Assembly (NCBI GenBank): GCA_038237055.1
Contig: JBBRZD010000001.1
Location: forward strand, 1-50,906
Direction of reading: 5' to 3'
DNA: 50,906 nt
Source: Lysobacterales bacterium
GTDB lineage: Bacteria; Pseudomonadota; Gammaproteobacteria; Xanthomonadales; Rhodanobacteraceae
Shown here: in pieces, positions 19,648 through 28,311 of the stretch
How positions within the stretch are numbered: position 1 is the stretch's first letter
How the letters are laid out: each line of letters starts with the position of its first letter
The notes under the pieces: generated by a model
What the model was told of the DNA's origin: nothing
The model's database searches: none
The model's input: only the letters and a program-made list of their open reading frames with translations
Program-made: the position numbers and the translations under genes

Positions 19648-20334
19648 ATGTCTAGCGCCGCGCGCCTGCCGTCCTGGTTCCGTCTGCTTGTCATCACCCT
19701 GGCCTTGCTCGCGCTCGTTCGTGGCCTTGGCTTGGTCATGCATCGACCGTTGCTGGCATTCGCGAACAACTACGACCAGATCCGTTATACCGCCTGTCTC
19801 AACCTCGCCCCATGGCGTCCGGGCGTGCAGGCCGATGCCGGCAATCCAAAGGCGCCGCTGGTGCGGTACGCATTCCAGCCGCTGCCAACAGGACTCTGCG
19901 TCCTGAGTTCGGACATGCTGCTTACCAATCCGCCCGCGCTGGGCCGTGCCTTGATGCACGCGCCGACGTTTCTCCTGCCCTGGATTCCGGGGCTTGGTGT
20001 GGTCGAGGACGGCCACTACACGCCGTTGCCGCGTTCGGTGCCTTCCTGGAATGTGTTGTTCAGCGATAGCCCTATCGTTGCCGGTGGCTTGCTGTTGCTG
20101 CCGTGGCTCGTTTTCGCAGCATGCCTGATACGCCGCGCCACGCCGGTTGCGCGCGGGTTCGCGCTGATGTGTGCGGTCGGTTCTTCTGCAGTTGCGGTTG
20201 TCAGCTTGTTCGGCGATGGTGACGTCGAGTACGCCAAGCATGCTCAACTGACGATTGACTATGTGCTCGCAAGCTTGTGCATTCCCCTGGCGGCAATCAT
20301 TTCGCGCGGTCTGCGCGTCGGAGTGCCTGTTTGA
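19648..20334 (+). CDS. Membrane protein, internally deleted paralog of the next gene (possible pseudogene)
   Basis: Shares ANNYDQIRYTAC, C.LSS and GDG..EYAKH motifs with 20331..21824 but is only 228 aa. Confidence 0.65.
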   Translation: MSSAARLPSWFRLLVITLALLALVRGLGLVMHRPLLAFANNYDQIRYTACLNLAPWRPGVQADAGNPKAPLVRYAFQPLPTGLCVLSSDMLLTNPPALGRALMHAPTFLLPWIPGLGVVEDGHYTPLPRSVPSWNVLFSDSPIVAGGLLLLPWLVFAACLIRRATPVARGFALMCAVGSSAVAVVSLFGDGDVEYAKHAQLTIDYVLASLCIPLAAIISRGLRVGVPV

Positions 20335-21824
20335 ACACGAATCCCGCATGTCGTCCGGTGTCACGTGTAATCGTGCTCGTGCTCGCATCGCTATGGCTGA
20401 TCGGAACGCTGCGCGCGTTCGCGCTGTGGGCGCATGATCCGCTGTACGCGTATGCGAACAGTTACGACCAGGTGCGTTACACGAACTGTTTTCATTTCTA
20501 CCCGGATCGATCGCCAGCGATTCCGCCCGAGGAAAACAGCCCGAGCGCGCCGTTCGCGAAGTTCCGCTTCATCGCGAATCCGAATCCGATGTGCTACTGG
20601 TCGAGCGAGCTGGTATTTGGTGGCGGCACGGCGCTGATATGGAAACTCGACGAGCTTCGCGGCGGCAGCGGTTTGCACGATGTGCGCTGGGCTGGCGCGT
20701 TGCGCTGGCTCGCCTTGCTTGCGCTGTCGATCACATTTTCGCTGGCGTGGCTGCGCCGCGGCGATACGCGCGTGGCGATCGCGAACGCGGCGTTGGTGCC
20801 GCTGCTGTTTGCCGATCCAGGCAATACGCTGTATCTCGATACGTTCTATGCGGAATGGACCGCACTCCTGGCTGCCTATGCGCTGATCGCGTCCTATTTG
20901 CTCTGGCGTAACGACGCCGTCAGTGGTCGGCGTTTCAGTCTGCTCGCCCTGGCCGCATTCGCGCTTGCGCTGGCGAAGATCCAGCATCTGATGTTGCCTC
21001 TTGGCCTTGCGATCGTCGTGATGGTGATCGAGCGCATGGGTCGTAAACGCATCGGCTGGCGCGGCCTTGCGTTGGGGATCGGTGCGCTCGCTGGTCTCGT
21101 CATTCAGGCCGTGCAACTGGGCCGCGACAACGGAATGATGGATTCCATCCATCAATACAACCGCGCTGATGTCGTATTCACCGCGTTGTTGCCGTTTGCG
21201 AACGATCGTCCCGCGCTGTTGACCGAACTGGGTATCGATCCCGCGTGTGCCGTTTACAGCGGTCTGCATGCATGGGAATTGCCGGATCTGCCGGAACGCG
21301 CGTGCAGCGGACTCGACGGGTTCACCCGCGGCAAGGAACTCATTGCCTTGGTGCGTCACCCAGGCATGACGCTGCGTTTGGCCGGGCATGGTGTGCTGGG
21401 TCTTGATCCGTGGATTGCGAAAAATATTGGCGAGATCGAAGGCGCGTCGGTGGCAACAATCCCGACATCGATGCCGAGCGTTGGCCCGCTGTTGCACGCC
21501 TATCCGATGGTCCAGCTAGCGATCCTCGCCCTGCCGTTGCTCGCGTTGCTCGTCTTGCTGGCGCGTCCCGGCGTGCGCAAGGGCAGCCGTGCGCTGGACT
21601 TTGCCGCGCTGACCGTTGCCCTGATGTGCGCGACGCTCGCGATCACGGTGCTCGGCGATGGTCTCGCCGATACCGCGAAGCAGGGGCATTTGATTGTGAA
21701 CGCGGCGCTGGCGTGGTTGATTGTCAGCCTCGTCTGCACAGGTCTCTACTTGCGAGCCTCGGCGAGAACCGGGGTGCGCGAGGACAGTATCCCGTTAAGT
21801 CGATCTGGAGCGATTGCAGATTGA
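20331..21824 (+). CDS. Polytopic membrane protein, probable GT-C-type glycosyltransferase
   Basis: ANSYDQVRY periplasmic acidic motif after TM1, YLDTFYAE, K.QH, GDG...AKQ; many TM helices. TTG start overlapping upstream stop is inferred. Confidence 0.6.
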   Translation: MNTNPACRPVSRVIVLVLASLWLIGTLRAFALWAHDPLYAYANSYDQVRYTNCFHFYPDRSPAIPPEENSPSAPFAKFRFIANPNPMCYWSSELVFGGGTALIWKLDELRGGSGLHDVRWAGALRWLALLALSITFSLAWLRRGDTRVAIANAALVPLLFADPGNTLYLDTFYAEWTALLAAYALIASYLLWRNDAVSGRRFSLLALAAFALALAKIQHLMLPLGLAIVVMVIERMGRKRIGWRGLALGIGALAGLVIQAVQLGRDNGMMDSIHQYNRADVVFTALLPFANDRPALLTELGIDPACAVYSGLHAWELPDLPERACSGLDGFTRGKELIALVRHPGMTLRLAGHGVLGLDPWIAKNIGEIEGASVATIPTSMPSVGPLLHAYPMVQLAILALPLLALLVLLARPGVRKGSRALDFAALTVALMCATLAITVLGDGLADTAKQGHLIVNAALAWLIVSLVCTGLYLRASARTGVREDSIPLSRSGAIAD

Positions 21825-22021
21825 CGGGATGGGTGACGCTGAGCGACCGGACCTTCCCCGCACCTTGATCCGCGCAGTGACAGCCTATCGTCTGATCCAC
21901 AGCTTCCTGCGCAATCTGCTGGCGATGAACGATGAGTCACCGCTGATTTTGCCGTTGCCGCGACCGTCTTACGCGCGTCAATTGCAGATCAGGTGGTTTC
22001 CCGCAGCATTGGTCTACGCCG

Positions 22022-22603
22022 TCAGGCGTTGTGATACTTGCCGCGAAATGGCTGATAGAACGTGTGCAGGGCCACAAGATCGGCGGACATGTCCGTGCTT
22101 GTGTGAAACAGCGGTCCGATTCCGATCGTCTTCGAGGGATAGTCGAAATAAACCGGCAGCACCGGTGCATTAACCTCGCGCGCGATGTGCCAGAAACCGG
22201 TTTTCCATCGGCCTCCGCGCTTGCGGGTACCTTCCGGAGCAATGCCGATCCAGAGTCGCGAATTTGTGTGGAAGCGTTCGACGAACTGCTCCACCAGACC
22301 ATGCTTTGCGGTGCGCTCGATCGGAATGCCGCCGAGCTGGCGCAGCACCCAACCCAGAGGTCCGATGAAAAGCTCGCGTTTGGCCATGAAGGAGATATCC
22401 ACGCCGAACGCGACCTTGACCAGCAGTGCCCAGAGCCCGTCCCACCACGAGCTGTGCGGTGCGGCGATCAGGACGATTCTTGGCTCATTCGGGAAAGTCC
22501 CGGCAACGTGCCAACCGCACCGACGCAGAAACCATGCGCACAGCCTGCGCCGCGAATTCTGCTGAAACTGCGGCATCTCGGGAGGCAACGGAAGCGCATC
22601 CAT
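22022..22603 (-). CDS. Lysophospholipid (PlsC-family) acyltransferase
   Basis: APHSSWWD (H-x4-D), FMAKRELF, APEGTR, WKTGFWHIA. Confidence 0.9.
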   Translation of the reverse strand: MDALPLPPEMPQFQQNSRRRLCAWFLRRCGWHVAGTFPNEPRIVLIAAPHSSWWDGLWALLVKVAFGVDISFMAKRELFIGPLGWVLRQLGGIPIERTAKHGLVEQFVERFHTNSRLWIGIAPEGTRKRGGRWKTGFWHIAREVNAPVLPVYFDYPSKTIGIGPLFHTSTDMSADLVALHTFYQPFRGKYHNA

Positions 22604-22611
22604 CGTGCTGT

Positions 22612-23037
22612 CTATTCCGCGCTCCAGTTGCCGCTGCCGCGATTGCGCTTGATGGTCGAGCGCGTCTTCTTCGCATCGATGCGTCTCTCCTTCGACGCGC
22701 GCGTCGGGCGCGTGGCGATGCGTCTCTTCGGCGCTACCAATGCAGCGCGGATCACATCGGCAAGCCGAGTGCGCGCATCTTCGCGATTCTTGCCTTGGTC
22801 GCGAAAACGATTGGCCTGGATCACCAGCACACCCGCATCGGTCAGGCGGCGGTCTCGTCGCGCAAGCAATCGCACTCGCACCGGCTCTGGCAACGCGCGA
22901 GATGAAGCGACATCAAACCGGAGTTCGACCGCGCTGGCGACCTTGTTGACGTTTTGGCCACCGGGGCCCGCCGAGCGTACGAAGCGTTCAATCAGTTCGT
23001 CGTCGGGAATCTGTACATCGGCATCGATATCGAGCAT
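22612..23037 (-). CDS. arfB: Alternative ribosome-rescue peptidyl-tRNA hydrolase
   Basis: RSAGPGGQNVNKV GGQ motif; basic C-terminal tail. Confidence 0.95.
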   Translation of the reverse strand: MLDIDADVQIPDDELIERFVRSAGPGGQNVNKVASAVELRFDVASSRALPEPVRVRLLARRDRRLTDAGVLVIQANRFRDQGKNREDARTRLADVIRAALVAPKRRIATRPTRASKERRIDAKKTRSTIKRNRGSGNWSAE

Positions 23038-23169
23038 GCGCGCATTGTACGACGAGCTATGCGCGGTATCCGGATGCGCGCGCTCGGATCGCTATGCGAA
23101 GACTGATCACCTGCCGTCGCGTGTTGCGGTGCGCCGCCGCCATGCACGGCGGCGGCGCGAGCGTGCGCG

Positions 23170-23907
23170 CTATTTGGCTGCTTGGCCGGCAGCGAGCTGC
23201 TTGCGGGCAATGGTGGCAATCGCGGTGGCGCTTGCTGCGATCGCATCCAGACGTGAGCTGTCCTGTCCGCTACGTGCAGCTTGCTCCATGGATCCGCGCA
23301 ACTGCCTTAGATTGCCGGTGCAATAAGCGGCAAAGCGTTTGATGCCAGCGTCCGCGTCCGGGTTCGCAGCCGCGACCGGCTGCACCTGTTCGCATAGCGA
23401 TTCCGCCTCCTTCAGTGTGTCGCCGGCAGCACCGAGATCGACCGTTGGATCGGCGGGGCGCGGTCCTTGCGGCACCACTGCGGGCCGTGCGGTGAGGGCT
23501 GCGGGAATCTGGTGGTTCGCCGAGTTGGCCATGAACGCTGCGTGGCGTGCAGCCTGCAGTGCGATCGCCTGTTGCACTGTCTTTGGTGCGCTGATGTCCT
23601 GGAAAACGAACTTGTCCGGATTTCGCGCCGATTGGGCGATCCAGGCGTCGAGTTGAACCCGACACGCTTTCTTGCCGGGTTCATCGGCCAGCACTGGCGG
23701 CAACCCCTTCGCAAGCGTTGCGTCTCCCGACCACGCGCGCAGGCACTCGATTGCTTTTGAATCGAGCAATGCATTGGCGTCGGCTGCTTGCGCTCGCTCG
23801 CTGCGCAGAAGGGCTGCCAACTGGGTGTCGTTGAGTTCGCGCACGTGCGAGCAGGCAACCGTGCCGATCGCGCAAGCTATCGCCGTCAGGGCAAGTTTCT
23901 TCATCAT
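23170..23907 (-). CDS. Hypothetical helical lipoprotein
   Basis: MMKKLALTAIACAIGTVAC lipobox-like signal; Ala-rich; four further Cys. Confidence 0.7.
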   Translation of the reverse strand: MMKKLALTAIACAIGTVACSHVRELNDTQLAALLRSERAQAADANALLDSKAIECLRAWSGDATLAKGLPPVLADEPGKKACRVQLDAWIAQSARNPDKFVFQDISAPKTVQQAIALQAARHAAFMANSANHQIPAALTARPAVVPQGPRPADPTVDLGAAGDTLKEAESLCEQVQPVAAANPDADAGIKRFAAYCTGNLRQLRGSMEQAARSGQDSSRLDAIAASATAIATIARKQLAAGQAAK

Positions 23908-23936
23908 CAATCTCCAATCATTCACTCAGATAAAAA

Positions 23937-25598
23937 TCACGGTCGCCGTGCCGCAATCAGGAAGGCAGCCACAGCGAACAGGCCGCCGAGCCACGCGGCA
24001 ATCGACACGCCTGCAAGCTGCGGACCCGTGGCGCCGAGCACGGCAACCAGCATGGAAGCGATGGCCAGCGACACAGCAAGAGAAAGCCACACAGCGGTGC
24101 GCTGGCCGCGTTGCACGCGCAACTCAAGCTTCTTCAGATCATCGGAAGCGATCTTAAGTTCCAGGCCGCCGTGAGTTGCCTGCGCCAGGAATTCATGCAC
24201 CAATTGCGGCATGTCCGGTGCCGCGGCAATCCACTCCGGCAGACGGCGGCGCAAGGCCTTGAGCATTGCGCGCGGTCCGCTGCGCTTGCGCCATATGCGT
24301 TCGAGCACCGGCTTTGCGGTGGCCCAGATGTCGATTTGCGGATGCAGCAGACGGCCCACGCCTTCGATATTGAGCAGCGTCTTCTGCAGCAGGATCAGCT
24401 GCGGTTGCAGGGTGAGTTCATGCCGGCGCGCCATCTGGAACAACTTCAGCACGACTTCGGCGAGCGAGATTTCGCTGAGTGGACGCGTGAAATACGGTTC
24501 GCACACGGTGCGCACTGCGGCCTCGAGTTCGTCCACGCGCGCATGCGCCGGCATCCAGCCGGCGCGCACGTGCATTTCGGCAATGCGGGCGTAGTCCTGG
24601 TTGAAAAGGGCGAGGAAATTTTCCGCTAACCAGTACTGGTCGCGTTCCGGCAACGAACCCATGATGCCGAAATCCAGCGCTATGAAACGCGGATCGTGCG
24701 GGCGCGATGCATCGACCCAGATATTGCCGGCGTGTGCATCGGCATGGAAGAAGTTGTCGCGAAACACCTGCGTGTAGAAAAGGCGCACGCCTTTCTCTGC
24801 AAGCGCGACGCGGTCGATTCCGGCGGCATCGAGCGCAGCAAGGTCGTCCACCGGAATCCCGCGAACGCGTTCGAGCGTCAGCACGCCTTCGGTCGTGTGC
24901 GACCAGATCACCTCGGGTACGTAGAGGTCGTCGGAGTTCGCGAAGTTGCGTCGCAGCAGCGACGCGTTGGCGCCTTCGCGTTGCAGGTCCAGTTCGTGCG
25001 TCAGCGTGAACTCGATTTCGCTGACGATCTCCTGCGGACGAATTTTGTCGGCATTGGGGTGCGTGCGCTCGACGAAGCCGGCCAGAGCGCGCAGAAGGGC
25101 AACGTCATCGCCGATGCGCGCGTGGATATCCGGACGCAGGACCTTGACCACCACGTCGCGGCCATCGTCGAGGGTCGCGCCATGCACCTGTGCGATCGAT
25201 GCGGACGCGAGCGGGACGTCGTCGAACGTCGCGTATCGGCTATTGAGCGCCGTGCCGAACGCGCGCTCGATCGCGGCGCGCGCCTGCGCGACCGGGAACG
25301 GCGCGACGCGGTCCTGCAACTGGGTCAAGGCATCGGCCACGTCGACCGGCATCAGGTCGCGCCGCGTCGAAAGGATCTGGCCGAACTTCACGAAGATCGG
25401 TCCGAGCTCCGTCAGCGCGAGCACGAGGCGTTCGCCGCGTGGCAGCGCAATCACGTGCGCGGGCGGCGGCGTCATCAGCGCGCGCAGCCACGCGATCGCA
25501 CGCGGGCGCCGCGACGCAGGCAGGAGTTCGTCGACGCGATAGCGCGCAAGCACGCGCGCTATGCGCAGCAGGCGCGGCACCTGGCGCAGGGGAATCAT
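23937..25598 (-). CDS. ubiB: Ubiquinone biosynthesis atypical kinase
   Basis: [61 protein letters not shown]. Confidence 0.95.
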   Translation of the reverse strand: MIPLRQVPRLLRIARVLARYRVDELLPASRRPRAIAWLRALMTPPPAHVIALPRGERLVLALTELGPIFVKFGQILSTRRDLMPVDVADALTQLQDRVAPFPVAQARAAIERAFGTALNSRYATFDDVPLASASIAQVHGATLDDGRDVVVKVLRPDIHARIGDDVALLRALAGFVERTHPNADKIRPQEIVSEIEFTLTHELDLQREGANASLLRRNFANSDDLYVPEVIWSHTTEGVLTLERVRGIPVDDLAALDAAGIDRVALAEKGVRLFYTQVFRDNFFHADAHAGNIWVDASRPHDPRFIALDFGIMGSLPERDQYWLAENFLALFNQDYARIAEMHVRAGWMPAHARVDELEAAVRTVCEPYFTRPLSEISLAEVVLKLFQMARRHELTLQPQLILLQKTLLNIEGVGRLLHPQIDIWATAKPVLERIWRKRSGPRAMLKALRRRLPEWIAAAPDMPQLVHEFLAQATHGGLELKIASDDLKKLELRVQRGQRTAVWLSLAVSLAIASMLVAVLGATGPQLAGVSIAAWLGGLFAVAAFLIAARRP

Positions 25599-26254
25599 GC
25601 GCGCGCGGGTCCGCGGGCAGTCACGCGGTTCACGCGTGCTTCAAGCCGATCCGCGCGCTCGCGCAGCAGATCGACGTCATCGAGAAAGGACTCCAGCTCT
25701 GCTTTCGCGACCAAATCACGGCCTTCCTCGGTAAGGAATTCCGCCGCGTCCCGCGCGAAAGCCTTCGCCGATGCGCGCGACCAGGCAAGCCCGCCACGAA
25801 TCGCGCGTGCAATCTGGAAGCCGAGCACGTCGCCGAACACGCGCGCGAAGGCCTCATCGAAATCCGGCGCGAAACGTGTTGCAAGTTGTTCCAGTCGCCG
25901 AGCGAGTTCCGCGTCGCCGGCAATCTCGACGCGACCCGGCGGCAAGGCGCCGTCCTTGCCGCGCGCAAGGGCAAGCGACAGCAAGCCACCTGGCGTCGCC
26001 GCGACGTGCAGCGCGCTTTCGCCCACGAACGCAGGGCCGATACCGAGACGATTGCCGGCGACAGCGATGCGCATGGCCGGCAGCGCACCTTTGAAATCGA
26101 GCGTGATAGCACGGCCGTCGAGCGCTCCGATACGCGCTTGCGTATCGTGATCGAGGGCCACGATGCGGTTCAATGCCGTTTCGAGTGCCCGTCCTAGAAT
26201 GGAAAGGAGCGGATTCGGTGCGCGCGCGGCAGGGGCGGAAGAGAGATTTGGCAT
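25595..26254 (-). CDS. ubiJ: Ubiquinone biosynthesis accessory factor (SCP2 domain)
   Basis: [23 protein letters not shown]-terminal [16 protein letters not shown]; 4-nt overlap with ubiB. Confidence 0.9.
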   Translation of the reverse strand: MPNLSSAPAARAPNPLLSILGRALETALNRIVALDHDTQARIGALDGRAITLDFKGALPAMRIAVAGNRLGIGPAFVGESALHVAATPGGLLSLALARGKDGALPPGRVEIAGDAELARRLEQLATRFAPDFDEAFARVFGDVLGFQIARAIRGGLAWSRASAKAFARDAAEFLTEEGRDLVAKAELESFLDDVDLLRERADRLEARVNRVTARGPARA

Positions 26255-26434
26255 GGACCCTGATTCTACCTGTCGCGCGCTGTGCGCGGAGGCCATGCCC
26301 GAGCACCGCGCGCAAGCTGCCTTAATCTGCGGCTCAGCCTTGCTGCCGTAGCGTGCACGCTTCTGATGGTGATGGCGTGATGCGACTTCGTTCACGCGGA
26401 CGTATCACGTCGTCCAAGCGTGAGGAAAGCTCCG

Positions 26435-27838
26435 ATGATCCGAATAGGGTGCGCGCTACTGAGCCTGTTGGTGTTGGCCTGCGCAAATGAAGTGTACGCC
26501 GCGACGGCGGAATTCAGCGGTGTCGCGCCGTCGGGTGCCTGGTACCACATCAAAATGCCAGCTGGCTGGCATGCCGGGGGTGCGCTGGTCATGTTCCAGC
26601 ACGGTTTCGATATCAAGCCTGCGACCAGTCCACCGGGGCTCGGACCTTTGGACTCGATCATGCTGGCGGAAGGTTATGCGGTCGCGGCAACCAGCTATCG
26701 TCAGGCGGATTGGGCACTGTTCACGGCGATCGACGACAACAAGGAGCTTCTGCAGGTCTTCACACAGGTTGCTGGCGCTCCCGGCGAGATCGTTCCGTTT
26801 GGCGGTTCGATGGGTGGCTTGATTGCACTCAAGCTCGCCGAGGCGCCCGGCTTCCCGCCGGTGCACGGCACGTATGCCTTGTGCCCCGCCGCGGCTGGCG
26901 CGCGCTTGTGGGACGCGGCGATCGACTTGCGTCTTGCTTACGACGTCGTCTGCCATGATGCCGGCGACCTGCCGCATGGCGATCCACCGCTATCGTGGGC
27001 GTTCAATCTCAGCATGATTCCGGACAACATCGACGACCTGTCCAACCAGGCGGAAATCCTGCGCGCGTTGCTGCCGCTGAACCAGTGCACGGGCGTCAAC
27101 CTGCCGTCGTATCTGCGCAACGATGCGATGCAGCGCCGGCTCGACGAACTGATGGCGTTCACCCACATCAGCGACGAACATTTCTTCGTCACCAACGTCG
27201 CCTATTCGACCTTCGTGCTCAGCGATTTGGTGCGCGCGCAGGACAAGCTGGCCAACCGCAATGCGTTCACGACGGCGGGGGTCGACTACAGCAGCGATCC
27301 GGCGATCGAGGCCGGCATCGCGAGGATCAGCGCCGATCCTGCAGCAGCGCTGCTGTTGCACCAGGTATCGAATTTTCACGGCGCGGTAGGCGCGTCGAAA
27401 GTGCTGTCGATGCATACCAGCCGCGATCAGTTGGTCATTCCCGGCAATCAGGATTTCGTACGCAATGCGGTGCCCTCCAATCAGCGAACGATTGCCATCG
27501 TCGACGAAGCGACGCCTACACATTGCGGCTTCACCGAAGCAGAGGGGCTCGCGGGTTGGGAAGCATTGCGCGCATGGAAGGAAGGTGCGCGGCAGCCGCA
27601 AGTTGCTGATCTGCAGGCTGCATGTACCACGTTCGCGGCGGCGGGCCAGGTGAACGGCCCATGCCGTTTCGATGCGAACGCGCAGATCGCGCCATTCGAC
27701 AGTATTGTGCGACCGCGCCCGACTTATCTCCAGCCGCAGCCGATACATTCGCAGCACGCGTATCCGTCAGAACTCCTGCAGCTGCATGGCGCGAGTCGCA
27801 GGCAGCGGCCCGTCGCCGAACGTGTCAGTGATCCTTGA
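26435..27838 (+). CDS. Secreted alpha/beta hydrolase
   Basis: Signal peptide, FQHG, GGSMGG nucleophile elbow, DQLV, HCGFT. Confidence 0.8.
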   Translation: MIRIGCALLSLLVLACANEVYAATAEFSGVAPSGAWYHIKMPAGWHAGGALVMFQHGFDIKPATSPPGLGPLDSIMLAEGYAVAATSYRQADWALFTAIDDNKELLQVFTQVAGAPGEIVPFGGSMGGLIALKLAEAPGFPPVHGTYALCPAAAGARLWDAAIDLRLAYDVVCHDAGDLPHGDPPLSWAFNLSMIPDNIDDLSNQAEILRALLPLNQCTGVNLPSYLRNDAMQRRLDELMAFTHISDEHFFVTNVAYSTFVLSDLVRAQDKLANRNAFTTAGVDYSSDPAIEAGIARISADPAAALLLHQVSNFHGAVGASKVLSMHTSRDQLVIPGNQDFVRNAVPSNQRTIAIVDEATPTHCGFTEAEGLAGWEALRAWKEGARQPQVADLQAACTTFAAAGQVNGPCRFDANAQIAPFDSIVRPRPTYLQPQPIHSQHAYPSELLQLHGASRRQRPVAERVSDP

Positions 27839-28226
27839 TCGGATACGTTTCGGTCTTGCCGTCCGCAGATTTTTGCTCGATTCGCATCGGCGCGTGCTTG
27901 GCATGTTCACCCGGACCGCAATGGTAGGCGGCCCAACTCTGTTGGCCATCACGCGGATCGCCCACGGGTTTGATCGTGTCCGCACTCATGCCGGCCGCTT
28001 CGTTGCGCGCCATGACTTCCAGTTCATCGCGGACCTTGAGCCCGCTGCGATCGACCGGTCCGACATGATCAAGCACTGACACCGTGATTTGACCGACATC
28101 CTTGCAGCCAGTGACGTCCCCGGTCCAGACGGTATGCACCTTTTCGCCGCCTGAATCTAGTTTGATACCCCAGCTGCAGGCGGCGAGGGGCAAGGCAAGC
28201 ATCAAGAGCAGTGGTGCGGTTTTCAT
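27825..28226 (-). CDS. DUF4156-like lipoprotein
   Basis: LAAC lipobox, C.DVGQITVSV, ARNEAA, terminal AYHC. Confidence 0.8.
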   Translation of the reverse strand: MKTAPLLLMLALPLAACSWGIKLDSGGEKVHTVWTGDVTGCKDVGQITVSVLDHVGPVDRSGLKVRDELEVMARNEAAGMSADTIKPVGDPRDGQQSWAAYHCGPGEHAKHAPMRIEQKSADGKTETYPIKDH

Positions 28227-28311
28227 GGAAACCTCCGGCATAAGTCGCGCGATGCTATCGCGGCGTGGCTGAACATAATCCGCGCTGCGACCATCCGCTG
28301 GGAGAAGTGGA

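Noticed and set aside
21814-22173. 119-aa ORF after the GT-C-like gene
   Set aside because: Overlaps the convergent acyltransferase; no motifs or RBS
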